This document shows positions 46,199-58,445 of a stretch of DNA of 64,000 bases, piece by piece. A program made the position numbers and the translations under genes. Each line of letters opens with the position of its first letter. The first letter of the stretch is position 1. Where the stretch lies: contig CAZPQW010000009.1 of the NCBI GenBank assembly GCA_964588985.1, positions 32,001-96,000 of the forward strand. The letters are read 5' to 3'. The notes beneath the pieces are model-generated. The model worked only from the letters and a program-made list of their open reading frames with translations, was not told the DNA's origin and searched no databases. The DNA is from an uncultured Solirubrobacteraceae bacterium (GTDB taxonomy: Bacteria > Actinomycetota > Thermoleophilia > Solirubrobacterales > Solirubrobacteraceae).

Positions 46199-47057
46199 CC
46201 TTGACGCCCCGCGGGCGCTTCTGGCAGCTCTCGCACACGTAGGTCCCGCGCCCCGCCGCCACCATCTTCACGATCGTCGTCCCGCACGTCCCGCACGGCT
46301 CGCCCTCGCGCAGGTGCACCAGGAACTGGTGCTGGAAGGAGCCGCGCACGCCGTCCACGTGACGGAAGTCGTCGATCGTCGCCCCGCGCGCGTCGATCCC
46401 CGCGCTCAACGCCTCGATCGTCGTCTCGCGCAGCCGCTCCCACTGCGCCAGCGTCAGCGTCCCCGCCGCGCGCAGCGGATGGATGCCCGCGCGGAACAGC
46501 GCCTCGTCCGCGTAGATGTTGCCCACCCCCGCGATCCTGCGCTGATCCAGCAGCAGCGCCTTGATCGGCATCCGCCGGCCCTTCGCGAGCGCGTGCAGGT
46601 GCTCCGCCGTGAACCGCTCGTCGAACGGCTCCAGCCCCAGCCGCGCCGCGAAGAACTCCTCCATCGCCTCCGAGCCCAGCAGCAGCTCGCCCGTGCCGAA
46701 CCGCCGCGGGTCCACCAACGCCAGCCTGCGACCGGCGCCCCTCCCCTCGCCCTTGCGCGCCCCCAGTCGCACACGCACGCGGGTGTGCGCCGGCTCGGGG
46801 TCGGGGTCCGCGAGCACCGCGCCCGTCATCCGCAGGTGCTGCGCCAGGTACACGTCGTCGCTCAGGTGCCACACGAGGTACTTCCCGCGGCGCCCCAGAC
46901 GCTCCACGCGCCTGCCCTCAAGCGCGTCCTCGAGCTCCGCCGGAGCCAGCGGCCGCGACCAGCGTGGGTCGAGGATCTCCACTCGCAACAGGCGCCTGCT
47001 CTCCACCAGCGGCGCGAGCTGGCCCCTGATCGTCTCGACCTCCGGCAGCTCGGGCAT
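46140..47057 (-). CDS. mutM: Formamidopyrimidine-DNA glycosylase
   Basis: MPELPEVE, RRGKYL, HLRMTG, DPRRFG, GVGNIYADE, C4 Zn finger. Confidence 0.96.
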   Translation of the reverse strand: MPELPEVETIRGQLAPLVESRRLLRVEILDPRWSRPLAPAELEDALEGRRVERLGRRGKYLVWHLSDDVYLAQHLRMTGAVLADPDPEPAHTRVRVRLGARKGEGRGAGRRLALVDPRRFGTGELLLGSEAMEEFFAARLGLEPFDERFTAEHLHALAKGRRMPIKALLLDQRRIAGVGNIYADEALFRAGIHPLRAAGTLTLAQWERLRETTIEALSAGIDARGATIDDFRHVDGVRGSFQHQFLVHLREGEPCGTCGTTIVKMVAAGRGTYVCESCQKRPRGVKARPRGARPTGRSPRLPGPR

Positions 47058-47068
47058 CGCCCCGCACG

Positions 47069-48292
47069 CTAGCTCACGAACGCGTCCCCCGGAAGGCCGT
47101 CCGCCCTCGACCGCTCCTGCGCCTCACGTCCAGCCAGCCACCGCAGCACGCTCGCGCCCACGTCAGCCAGCGCCCCGTCGTGGCGAAAGCCGCCCATCCC
47201 GCCGGTCGCGCCGGAGCGTCGGCGCGCGAGCATCTCCCCCGTCACCGCCAGCAGCGGCGCGTACTCGCGCGTGTGGTCCGTCCCCGGGTGCGCCGGGTCC
47301 ACGCCGTGGTCTGCCGTCACAACCAGCAGGTCGCCCTTGCGCATCTCGTCGAGCATCCGCCCCACGCGCGCGTCGATCTCCACCAGCGCGCCCGCGAAGC
47401 CGCGCACGTCCTTGCGATGCCCATACACCTGGTCCGTCTCGATCAGGTTCGCCATCACCAACCCACACTCGAGCTCGACCAGCAGCTCCTCCACGCTGTC
47501 GAGCGCCCGCGCGTTCGTCGCGCCCGGGTGGGACTCGCCAACGCCAACCCCCGCGAACAGATCGTCGATCTTGCCCACGCCGTGCACCGCCACGCCCGCG
47601 TCGCACAGCTCCTCCAGGTAGCTGCGCGACGGCGGCGAGAGCGCGCAGTCGCGCCTGCCCTCGGTTCGGACGAACGCGCCCTCCTCACCGGTGAACGGCC
47701 GCGCTATCACCCTTCCCACCGCGCACTCGCCCGTCATCGCCGCACGCGCCGCCTCGCACGCCCTGTACAGCTCATCCACCGGCACACGACCGACGTGCGC
47801 CGCCAGCTGCAGCACCGAGTCCTGCGACGTGTAGAGGATCAGCGCGCCCGTGCGCACGTGCTCCGCGCCGAACTCCTCGATCGCCGCGAGGCCGTTGTCG
47901 GGGCGGCTGCAGATCACATCGTGGCCCATCGCGTCCACCAGCCGCGCCAGCACCTCCGGCGGGAAGCCCTGTGGGAACGTCGGCAGCGGCTGCGCGAGCG
48001 ACACGCCCATCAGCTCCCAGTGGCCGCTGATCGAGTCCTTGCCCGCCCCCAACGGTCGCAGGCGGCCGTGGATCGCGGGGTCGTTCGCCGCCGCGACGCC
48101 CCGCAGCGGGAGGATCGAGCCGAGGCCGAGCGACTCGAGCGTCGGCAGCTGCAGGCCCCCCACCGCCTCCGCGACATGCGCGAGCGTGTTCGTGCCCTCG
48201 TCGCCATAGCGCGCCGCGTCCGGGAGCGCGCCGACGCCGCACGCGTCGATCACCAGTACGAACGCGCGGCGTCCGAGCGGTCCGTCACTCAT
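47069..48292 (-). CDS. deoB: Phosphopentomutase
   Basis: DACGVGALPDA..YGD, GKDSISGHWE, YTSQDSV, GRVIARPF, YGHR, TADHG, DHTRE. Confidence 0.93.
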   Translation of the reverse strand: MSDGPLGRRAFVLVIDACGVGALPDAARYGDEGTNTLAHVAEAVGGLQLPTLESLGLGSILPLRGVAAANDPAIHGRLRPLGAGKDSISGHWELMGVSLAQPLPTFPQGFPPEVLARLVDAMGHDVICSRPDNGLAAIEEFGAEHVRTGALILYTSQDSVLQLAAHVGRVPVDELYRACEAARAAMTGECAVGRVIARPFTGEEGAFVRTEGRRDCALSPPSRSYLEELCDAGVAVHGVGKIDDLFAGVGVGESHPGATNARALDSVEELLVELECGLVMANLIETDQVYGHRKDVRGFAGALVEIDARVGRMLDEMRKGDLLVVTADHGVDPAHPGTDHTREYAPLLAVTGEMLARRRSGATGGMGGFRHDGALADVGASVLRWLAGREAQERSRADGLPGDAFVS

Positions 48293-48317
48293 CGCTGCCC
48301 GTGCCCGCCGTCGCTAC

Positions 48318-49274
48318 TCAACGTGATGTCGCCCGCGGGTGAGCGTTGAAGTACGCGTCCTTCAGCCGCTCCGCCGAGAGGTGCGTGTAGACCTGCGTCG
48401 TAGCGAGGTCCGCGTGGCCGAGCATCTCCTGCAGCGAGCGCAGGTCGCAGCCCCCAGCGAGCAGGTGCGTCGCGAAGCTGTGGCGCAGCGTGTGCGGGCT
48501 CATCCGGTCCTCCAGGCCCGCGCGGCGCGCGTGCCCCTGCACGATCTTGTAGAGCCCCTGGCGCGTAAGCCCCCCGCCGCGACGGTTCACGAACAGCCGC
48601 GACTGCGACCTCTCGCTGAGCAGCTCCGGCCGGCCGCCGCGGCGGTAGGCGACCAATGCCGTGACCGCCTTGCGCCCGATCGGCACGATCCGCTCCTTCG
48701 ATCCCTTCCCGCGCGCGCACAGCAGACCCTCCTCGAGGTCCACGTCGCCGATGTCCAGCCCCACCGCCTCCGACGCGCGCAGCCCGCACGCGTACATCGT
48801 CTCCAGCAGCGCCCGGTCGCGCAGCGCGAGCGGCTCGGAGCCCTTGGGCTGTGCGAGCAGGCGCGCCACGTCGTCGCGGGAGAGCACGTGCGGCAACTTC
48901 TGGGGCTTGCGCGGTCCGTGCAGGTCCGCGGTCGGGTCGTGCTCGATCGTGCCGTCGAGTCGCAGGTGGCGGTAGAAGGAGCGCAGGCACGCGACCTTGC
49001 GCGCGAGCGTCGTCGGCGCCACCGGCGGGTGTTCCTCGCTGCCCGCCGCGAGCTCTGAGAGGAACGCCGCGAGGTCTCCGTGGGTGGACGCCCGCACGGT
49101 CATATCGTGGCGGTCGAGGAACTCGCCGAACTGCAGCAGGTCGCAGCGGTAGGCGGAGAGCGTGTTGCGCGACAGGCCCCGCTCCAGCTCCAGGTAGGCG
49201 AGGAAGTCGAGGATCAGCGGCGCTATCCCCACCGGCGTCGGCTTCGGCGGGGCGATCACTGCGGCGGTGCTCAT
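48318..49274 (-). CDS. xerD: Tyrosine recombinase XerD
   Basis: ERGLSRNT, RDRALLE.MYACGLR, GKGSKER, HTLRHSFATHLL, LGHA..TTQVYT; start ATG 49274. Confidence 0.93.
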   Translation of the reverse strand: MSTAAVIAPPKPTPVGIAPLILDFLAYLELERGLSRNTLSAYRCDLLQFGEFLDRHDMTVRASTHGDLAAFLSELAAGSEEHPPVAPTTLARKVACLRSFYRHLRLDGTIEHDPTADLHGPRKPQKLPHVLSRDDVARLLAQPKGSEPLALRDRALLETMYACGLRASEAVGLDIGDVDLEEGLLCARGKGSKERIVPIGRKAVTALVAYRRGGRPELLSERSQSRLFVNRRGGGLTRQGLYKIVQGHARRAGLEDRMSPHTLRHSFATHLLAGGCDLRSLQEMLGHADLATTQVYTHLSAERLKDAYFNAHPRATSR

Positions 49275-50467
49275 TCCTCCAGCTTCGCCTCCGCGGCGAG
49301 TGCTCCCTGCCGGTGCAACGCCCCGTTCAGTTGCGCGAGCGCTCCCCCGCCCGCCAGGGCGGCGCCGAAGAACAGCGGATCCTCTCCTAGCCCGCGCCCC
49401 ATCGTCACCGTCGAGAGGCCGCTCGTCGCGTACGCCGGCAGGTCCACCGCCGCGCGGCGCCAGTCGTGGCGGGTGATGCGCACCGGGCGCGGCACGTCGA
49501 GCGCGAGCGCCGGACGCCCGGGCATCGAGCCGCCGAACACCGCGCCGAGCCCAGCGCGCAGGTCCGCGCCCACGGGCGAGCGCATCCCGGCGGGCAGCGC
49601 CACGGTGACGGGCTCGAGCAGCAGGTCGAGGACGGTGAGCGTGTGGTGTGAGATCCCGCGGTGGCGGGTGCGGTCGTCGCTCGAGGACATCCGCGCGACG
49701 AGCAGCGTAGGGCAGCCGAGCGCGAGCGCCACGTGCGCGGAGTCCAGCGCCACCATCCCGCCGTGCCCGAGCGCCGAGCTCGACCCCACTATCCCCGGCC
49801 CCGGGCCGCACACCACCGCGTCCCAGCCGAGGGTGTGCAGGCCATGGTGGATCGCGCCCGCGGTCGAGATCGCCTCGAGCTCGCCGCCGAACGCCGCGCC
49901 AGCGGTGATGTGGCCGGCGAGCAGGCCGCGCTCGCGCAGCGCGCGCACCGTGCGCGAGTGCCCGCCGGGTAGCGCCCCGCCGGCGGTCTGCACGTAGCCG
50001 AGCCTGCCCTCGGGCGCGCTCTGCGCGTATGCCCACGCGACCGGCGCTAGCTGGCCGTGCAGCGCGAGCACCGCCACCGGCCGTTCGAGCGGCACCTCCA
50101 GCAGCCCGTCGTCGACCGGCTCGACCGTGTGCTGAAGGCTCGTGTAGTTGAGCTTCATCACGTTCGCCGCTTCGCTGCCCTCGCCGTCGAGGCCGCGGGT
50201 GAGGTTCACGTGCACCACGTCGAAGCCACCCGAGCCGAGCCCCAGGTCGAGCGCCTGCACGTTCACGATCACTTCGTCGCCCGCCTCCGAGCGACCCACG
50301 AGCGACACGTCCGCGATCGCCGCGCGGGGCGCGTCGTCGGCGTTGTCATCCGTCAATTTGATCCGCAGCGTCTGCTCGGGTCCATCGCCCGCGTGGGCGT
50401 CGAGGACCGTGAGCTGCGTGTCGGGGTCCTCGACGTCGAGGACGATCGCTGGGCGGAGCTTCAACAT
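49271..50467 (-). CDS. DUF3866 family protein
   Basis: LGLGSGGF, MKLNYT.LQ, AFGGELEA, GPGPGIVG, RHRGISHH, GRGLGEDPLFF. Confidence 0.85.
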   Translation of the reverse strand: MLKLRPAIVLDVEDPDTQLTVLDAHAGDGPEQTLRIKLTDDNADDAPRAAIADVSLVGRSEAGDEVIVNVQALDLGLGSGGFDVVHVNLTRGLDGEGSEAANVMKLNYTSLQHTVEPVDDGLLEVPLERPVAVLALHGQLAPVAWAYAQSAPEGRLGYVQTAGGALPGGHSRTVRALRERGLLAGHITAGAAFGGELEAISTAGAIHHGLHTLGWDAVVCGPGPGIVGSSSALGHGGMVALDSAHVALALGCPTLLVARMSSSDDRTRHRGISHHTLTVLDLLLEPVTVALPAGMRSPVGADLRAGLGAVFGGSMPGRPALALDVPRPVRITRHDWRRAAVDLPAYATSGLSTVTMGRGLGEDPLFFGAALAGGGALAQLNGALHRQGALAAEAKLEE

Positions 50468-50480
50468 TCGGGGCTGGAAG

Positions 50481-51703
50481 CTACAGGGCCGCGTCCGGCG
50501 AAAGCGCCGCCGCCTCGTCCAGCAGCGCGAGCGCCACGTCGAGCATCTCCTCGAGCGCGGCCACGCTCACGCGCTCGCCCGGCTCGTGGTTGCGCTCGGT
50601 GCCGTTCGCGAGGTTCACGGTCTGGAATCCCTTTGTCAGCAGCGCGTTCGCGTCCGAGCCGCCGCCGCTGGAGATCGCCACGGGCTCGTGCCCGCAGGAG
50701 CGCAGCGCCGCCCGCGCGACCGTCACCGCGGGGTCGCGCTCGGACAGGGCGAAGCCCGAGAACGTCCGCTCGACGCTCACGTCCACGTCGCACGAGCACT
50801 CCGGCAGGTTCGCCGCCTCGTGCACTCGGTCGACGATCTCCGCAACCAGATCCTCCGCGCGCGCGTCGTCGGGGCCGCGCACCTCCCCGAGCAGCGTGCA
50901 GTGTTCGGGCACCACGTTCATAGCGGTGCCGCCCGCGATCGTGCCCACGTTCACGGTGCTCGTCTCGTCGATCCGCCCGTGGCGCATCGAGGCGATCGCG
51001 TGCGCCGCCGCGAGGATCGCGCTGTGGCCCTCCTCGGGGCGGATGCCCGCGTGCGCGGCCGCCCCGCGGAAGCTCGCCTCGACACGGAAGTGGGTCGGCG
51101 AGCGCATCACGACCTCGCCGATCGGCGAGGCGTGGTCGAACACGTAGCCGAAGTCGCTCTGCAGCCGGGTGGCGTCGAACACGCGTGAGCCCGCGAGCGC
51201 GATCTCCTCGCCGACCGTGAACAGCAGCTCCACGTCGACCGGCGCGCCCTGCTGTCGGACGTGGCGCGCGAGCGCGAGCATCACCGCCACCGCCGCCTTG
51301 TTGTCCGCGCCGAGGATGCCTTCGTTCGCGTTCTCCCAGCCGCCGTCCACGAGCACCGGCTCGACAGGCGCCTGCAGCGGCACCGTGTCGAGGTGCGCGC
51401 ACAGCAGGATCGAGCGGCGCTCGGCGCCCACGGATTCCTCGAACGAGGCCTGTCCGCCGGCGGGCACGCGCGCAAGCAGGTTGCCGCAGTCAGACCCGAT
51501 CAGCGCACCCGCGCCGTCCTCCTCGACTGCCACGCCGAGCGCTCGCAGCTCCGCGATCACCCGCTGTGCGCACTCGCGCTCGCGGCCCGAGGGGCTCTCG
51601 ATCCGGCACAGCTCGGCGAACGTCCCATTCAAGTATCGATGCTCACGTAGTCCCCGAAGGGGGAGCGTCCCGACCCTGCTGGTGGACGCTCCCGCGCCGG
51701 CGC

Positions 51704-51707
<4 letters not shown>
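50481..51707 (-). CDS. M20/M25/M40 family peptidase (peptidase T-like)
   Basis: AHLDTV, LGADNKA, EE, AHAG..PE, GGGSDAN, H..E; start uncertain. Confidence 0.9.
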
Positions 51708-53484
<1,777 letters not shown>

Positions 53485-53488
<4 letters not shown>

Positions 53489-54345
53489 GAGGGCCTGCCC
53501 CAGGAGTCTAGTGCCCGCAGCCACGGAGTCCTTTCCACGAGTGTGGAGATCGAGCGCAGCTCGCCGTAGATCGTGATCAGCGCTAGCGATGCGAGCGCCA
53601 CGAGCTGCCCCGTCCCGGACAGGCTGAGCACCAGCCACAGGCCCGCGAGCGCTCCGAGCAGGTTCGCGCCGGTGTCGCCGAGCATCGCCCGCTCGCGCAC
53701 GTCGTACGCGCCCGCGACGAGCGCGGGAGCGGCGAACAGGCCGAGCGCCCACAGCGGGCGCAGTTCCCCGGAGCCGATCGTCAGGCCCGCCCCGAGCGCC
53801 ACGAACACCTTGATCGCGCGTCCGGGGCGCAGGTCGAGCAGGTTGAACACGTTCGTCGCGAGCACAAGGACGCCGGCTGCCAACAGCCAGCGGCCGTCAG
53901 AGAGGTCCAGGTAGGACATCGCCAGCAGCGCGAGTCCGAGCGACCCGGCGGCCTTGAGCACGCCCGTGGTGAGCTCGCCGCGCAGCAGCGCCGCGCCGTG
54001 CCCGCGCCAGCCGCGTTGGGCGCCCGCATCCCGCTTCTCCGCGTCCGTTGGCGCTTCGCGCGCGAGCGTGTCGTCGACGAGCCCCAGCGCGAGCACCCCG
54101 AGCGCGTACACCGCGATCGGCAGCGCGACGGGGTAGAAGACCGCGGTCGACGCGAGCCGCTGCACGAGCATCAGCGGGATCAGCGCCAGCAGCGCGGCGG
54201 CGAGCGCGAGCGCCCCGAACGCGTAGGGCAGCCGGCGCTCGCGATAGTTCGGGCGGGTGTGCCCGGCCTCGCTCAGCGCGCGCAGGAGCGCCGGCGCGAG
54301 GACGGCGGCGCTGAGCAGCGCGAGCAGGAACGGCAGGGCGTGCAT
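53485..54345 (-). CDS. MraY/GT4-like membrane protein
   Basis: [25 protein letters not shown]; multi-TM. Confidence 0.8.
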
Positions 54346-54389
54346 CCGTGCAAGCTAGCGCCGCGAGCGGACGCGGCCGTGGGTGTCGA

Positions 54390-55277
54390 TCAGGGCGCCG
54401 TGGCGGTCGCGGTGAGGCTCGGCAGCAGCGAATCGGCGGTCGACTTGACCCCGAACGTGCCGCGGTCTCCCGCGAGCGCGTACGCGAGCGCGGTGCGCCC
54501 CGCGAGCGTGTCGAGATCGTCGACGCTCGAGATCGCCTTGCCTCGATACCACGATACCTGCGACGGTTCTGTGCCGGTCAGCTCGACCCCGACCGCGGGC
54601 ACGCCGACGGCGCCGATGCCCGCGAGCAGCCCTGAGTCGAACGCGCTCGAGACTTCGCTCGCTTCGGCGCTCATGTCGGTCGGCTCGGCGCGCATCACCA
54701 CGACCCCTTCGAGGCGCGTGAGCTGCCCGTCGAACGCGCTCAGCAGGCTCGAGCGCACCCGGCTGAAGAGCTCTTTCGTGACGAGCTGCCCGCCGCTCAC
54801 GAGCTGTCGTCCCATCAGTTCTCCGAACCGTCCCACCAGGGGCGTGTTGCCGGTGAGCGGCGCGTAGTGCGTGCCGGCAGCCTGACGGTCGAGGCCGCTC
54901 AGGTCGAGCGGCTCCCTGATCGCGACGACCGTCGTCACCTCGCCGCCCGCCTGCGAGATCGCGGTGCGCGCGAGCGAGTTGATCTGGTCGGAGGTGCCAC
55001 CGAGGAACACGAGGCCGATGGAGCGCCCGGCGAGCAGTTCGTGCACCGCGAGCGGGTACAGGCCGCCCGAGAACGATTCCTCTTCGGAGAGGCGGCTCTG
55101 CTGGGTCGAGAGCTGGTGGTGGGCTTCGTTGACTTCCGATTTGAGGTTGGCGACGATGCCGTCCTTGGCCGAGGACACGAGGTTGGAGTCGCCGATCGCC
55201 ACGCCGATCAGGATCCCGAGCGCGAGCGCGAACAGGACCGCTGCGAGGGAGAGCGCGTGGTAGCGGAAGTCGAACAT
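54390..55277 (-). CDS. SteB/MctB (DUF3186) family protein
   Basis: MFDFRYHALSLAAVLFALALGILIG N-terminus, coiled coil, SSVDD; downstream of steA. Confidence 0.88.
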   Translation of the reverse strand: MFDFRYHALSLAAVLFALALGILIGVAIGDSNLVSSAKDGIVANLKSEVNEAHHQLSTQQSRLSEEESFSGGLYPLAVHELLAGRSIGLVFLGGTSDQINSLARTAISQAGGEVTTVVAIREPLDLSGLDRQAAGTHYAPLTGNTPLVGRFGELMGRQLVSGGQLVTKELFSRVRSSLLSAFDGQLTRLEGVVVMRAEPTDMSAEASEVSSAFDSGLLAGIGAVGVPAVGVELTGTEPSQVSWYRGKAISSVDDLDTLAGRTALAYALAGDRGTFGVKSTADSLLPSLTATATAP

Positions 55278-55305
55278 TGCGGGGTGTGCTCGGGTGTCGG
55301 TGGCT

Positions 55306-56547
55306 TCAGACGGCGGCGGGCATTGCGGCGAGCAGCTTCAGCTTCAGCCACAGCAGTTCGGCCACGTCGCGCAGCGCGGGCGTCAGCCCGACGACGGCGA
55401 TCATCGCGATCAGGCCGGCGGCGATCACGACGAGCAGCGGCGTGAGCCCGGGGCGTGGTTGGTAGAGGTGCCTGACGCCCTTCGCGTCCACGAGGATCTC
55501 GCCGATGCGCAGGCGCGTGAGGAACGTGGAGGACATGCCTTTGCGGTTGCGGTCGAGGAACTCGACGAGGTTGAACTGCGACCCCACGGAGACGATCAGG
55601 CGGGCGCCCTTCTCCGCGGCGATCAGCATCGCGACGTCCTGGCTGGTGCCTGGCGCGGGCACGAGCTTGAACGGCAGTTCCATCTCTTCCAGACGGTGGC
55701 GGCCGGGGGCCCTGCCGTCGGGGTAGGAGTGCACTACGAGCTCCGCGCCGCAGCGCAGCGCGGCCTCTCCGGCGGAGTCCATGTCGCCGACGATCATGCT
55801 CGGGGTGAGTCCCTCCTCGAGCAGCGCGTCCGCGCCGCCGTCGACCGCGACGATCACGGGGCGCATGTCGCGGATGAACGGTTTGAGCGCGCGCAGGTCG
55901 CGCTGGTGGCCGACGCCGCGGACGACCACGAGCGTGGAGCGGTCGCGGAAGTCGGTCGCGAAGCGCGGCAGCGCGATCCTGCCGGCGAGCAGCTCGCGCT
56001 CCTCGCGCATGTGCTCGATCGTGTTGTGCGCGAAGCGCTCGAGCGCCTCGCCGATCTCCGCGCGCCTGGCCTCGGTGTCGGCGCGCACGCGCTCGAGGTC
56101 GAGCACCTCCCCACGCGCGAGCACTATTCCCCTGCGCAGGACCTCCGCGACGCGAGGCCCCTCCTCGCCGGATGGCACGGTGCGCACGACGAGCGGATCG
56201 CCGTCTGAGATCTGCTTGAAGAGCAGGTCGTCGGGGAGGTCCACGAGCACGATGCCCGCTTCGACGAGCAGCTGTGGGCCGAGATTCGGGTAGGTGCCGC
56301 TGGAGGAGGCTTTGCAGTTGAGGACCGCGACGGCGCCCGCCAGGACGAGCTCCTCGGCGGAGACGCGGTCGATGTCGAGATGGTCGATCAGCGCGATGTC
56401 GCCGCGGATCAGTTTCTTGACGAGCAGCTTCGTGCGACGGCCCGGCCGAACGGGACCGGCGACCGTGCGGCCCGGGGTGGGCTCCTCAGGTGAGAGCGGG
56501 CTCCCCGCCGGCAACCCGCGCGGAGGGCTTGATCGCGTTGCGGCCAC
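55306..56547 (-). CDS. steA: SteA family protein (thiamine pyrophosphokinase-like domain)
   Basis: RRTKLL, H.DIDR, YPNLGP, VDGGADAL, GDMDS, EFLDRNR.GMSSTFLTRL, VDAKGV. Confidence 0.88.
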   Translation of the reverse strand: MAATRSSPPRGLPAGSPLSPEEPTPGRTVAGPVRPGRRTKLLVKKLIRGDIALIDHLDIDRVSAEELVLAGAVAVLNCKASSSGTYPNLGPQLLVEAGIVLVDLPDDLLFKQISDGDPLVVRTVPSGEEGPRVAEVLRRGIVLARGEVLDLERVRADTEARRAEIGEALERFAHNTIEHMREERELLAGRIALPRFATDFRDRSTLVVVRGVGHQRDLRALKPFIRDMRPVIVAVDGGADALLEEGLTPSMIVGDMDSAGEAALRCGAELVVHSYPDGRAPGRHRLEEMELPFKLVPAPGTSQDVAMLIAAEKGARLIVSVGSQFNLVEFLDRNRKGMSSTFLTRLRIGEILVDAKGVRHLYQPRPGLTPLLVVIAAGLIAMIAVVGLTPALRDVAELLWLKLKLLAAMPAAV

Positions 56548-56596
56548 TACAGCGAGAGTAACGCCAGCGGGCTTGAAACGCTCTTTCTACAAGCCC

Positions 56597-58309
56597 TCAG
56601 GCGGCGCGGCGCAGGTCCCGCGCGTGCCGCCGCGCGGTGCTGTCGTCGCTGTCGGCGCCGAGCATGCGCACCAGCTCGGAGACGACCTCGCCCTCGCCGA
56701 GCTGCACCACGGTGGTGAGCGTCGGTTCGGCGGAGGTGTCCTTGACGATCGAGAAGTGGCGCGCGCCGAGCGATGCGATCTGCGGCAGGTGGGTGATGCA
56801 CAGCACCTGCCTGCGCTCCCCCAGCTCGCGCAGCCTCGCTCCCACCGCCTTTGCGGTGTGCCCGCCGATCCCGGCGTCGACCTCGTCGAAGACGAGCGTC
56901 GCGTCGGCGGCGGACGCGTTCGCGACGCTCATGATCGCGAGCATCACCCGCGAGAGCTCCCCGCCGGAGGCGATGTCGCGCAGCGGCCCCGCCGGCACGC
57001 CGGGGTTGGGTGCGATCAGGAACTCGACCGTGTCGGCGCCCGCCGGTCCCGGGTCGCGCTCGCCGAGCGACACCTGGAACGTGGCGTCGCCCATCGCGAG
57101 CGACGCGAGCTGCTCGCCGACGCTCTTGGCGAAGCCCTTGGCGGCCTTCGCGCGCGCGCGGCGGAGCGTTGCGACGTGGCCGGCGAGCGCCGCGCGAGCC
57201 CGATCGAGCTGCTCGGTCGCGTCGGCGAGCGCCACCTCCGCGCCCTCCAGTTCCTCGTGGCGTGCTCGCGCGCGCTCGCCGTATTCGAGCGCCGCCTGGA
57301 TGCTGCCGCCGTGCTTGCGCGCAACTCGCTCGATCGCCGCGAGTCGTTCTTCGAGCGCGTCGAGCGTCACCTCCTCGCCAAGCTGGGCAAACGACCCCTG
57401 CAGCCCGTGCGTGCCGGCGGTCTCGCAGTAGTCGCGCAACCCGGCCGCGAGGTCCTCGGACTCGATCACGAGCGCACGGACCCTCTCTGTGAGCGCGTCG
57501 AGCGCCGCGTCGACGCCGACGAGCGCGTCCAGCTGGGAGACCGCGCCGGCCAAAGCCTGCGCGGCGCCGGGGCCGTCGGGATCAGAGCTTCCGCCGGCGT
57601 CCGCGGCGAGCGCCCCGGCCGCCGCGCCGGCCGCGGAGCGCAGCGCGTCCATTCGTCGCATCCGCTCACGAGCGCCGAGCATCTCCTCGTGTTCGCTCTC
57701 GTCCAGCGCCAGCTCGTCGATCTCCCCCAGCTCGTACTGGAGCAGGTCGATCTCGCGCTCGCGCTGGGCGGAGAGCTCGTTCAGCTCCCGCAGGCGCTGC
57801 TCCAGGCGCCGTGTCTCGGCGAACGCCGCCGCGCACGCCTTCAGGTTCTCCGCGTGGGGCTCGCCGCAGAGGCCGTCGAGGATCTGCAGCTGCGCGGCGG
57901 CGAGCGTGAGCTTGCGGTGCTCGTGCTGGCCGTAGAAGGAGAGCAGCGTCGCGCCGAGGTCGCGCAGGTCCGCGACGCTCGCCGAGCGTCCGTTGAGGTA
58001 CGCGCGGGTGCGTCCGTCCGCCCCCACGCGGCGTGCGAGGACGATCTCCTCCGCGTCGGGGCTGACGCGCTCGCCGAGCTCCTCGCGGACGTGCTCGGGC
58101 AGGTCGAAGATCCCCTCGACGTAGGCCTCGCCGGCTCCGGGACGCACGATTCCCGCGCGGGCGCGGCCTCCGAGCAGCAGGTCGAGGGCGTGCGCGAGCA
58201 CCGTCTTGCCCGCCCCCGTCTCCCCGGTGAGCACGTTCAGTCCGGGCGCGAGGCGCAGCTGCGCCTGCTCGATCAGCAGGAGGTTCTCGACGCGTAGCTC
58301 TTGAAGCAC
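56597..58309 (-). CDS. recN: DNA repair protein RecN
   Basis: LTGETGAGKT, GQHEH, ASGGELSRVML, FDEVDAGIGG, CITHLPQIA; GTG start 58309. Confidence 0.97.
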   Translation of the reverse strand: MLQELRVENLLLIEQAQLRLAPGLNVLTGETGAGKTVLAHALDLLLGGRARAGIVRPGAGEAYVEGIFDLPEHVREELGERVSPDAEEIVLARRVGADGRTRAYLNGRSASVADLRDLGATLLSFYGQHEHRKLTLAAAQLQILDGLCGEPHAENLKACAAAFAETRRLEQRLRELNELSAQREREIDLLQYELGEIDELALDESEHEEMLGARERMRRMDALRSAAGAAAGALAADAGGSSDPDGPGAAQALAGAVSQLDALVGVDAALDALTERVRALVIESEDLAAGLRDYCETAGTHGLQGSFAQLGEEVTLDALEERLAAIERVARKHGGSIQAALEYGERARARHEELEGAEVALADATEQLDRARAALAGHVATLRRARAKAAKGFAKSVGEQLASLAMGDATFQVSLGERDPGPAGADTVEFLIAPNPGVPAGPLRDIASGGELSRVMLAIMSVANASAADATLVFDEVDAGIGGHTAKAVGARLRELGERRQVLCITHLPQIASLGARHFSIVKDTSAEPTLTTVVQLGEGEVVSELVRMLGADSDDSTARRHARDLRRAA

Positions 58310-58445
58310 GCGCCAGGTGTACCAGCGGACGGGGACGGACCGCTCGCGTGCAGCTGTTTCAATCAGCCCCTCGGGGGCGTAACCTGTGTGTCGCGCTCGA
58401 AAAGGACGAACACATGGGCGTACGTAAACTCCTCCGCTAAACGGC

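Noticed and set aside
48318-49274. Tyrosine recombinase as a mobile-element integrase
   Set aside because: Sequence and conserved context (pyrG...xerD-deoB) indicate chromosomal XerD
58405-58422. Possible SOS box near recN (CGAACACATGGGCG)
   Set aside because: Only one half-site matches
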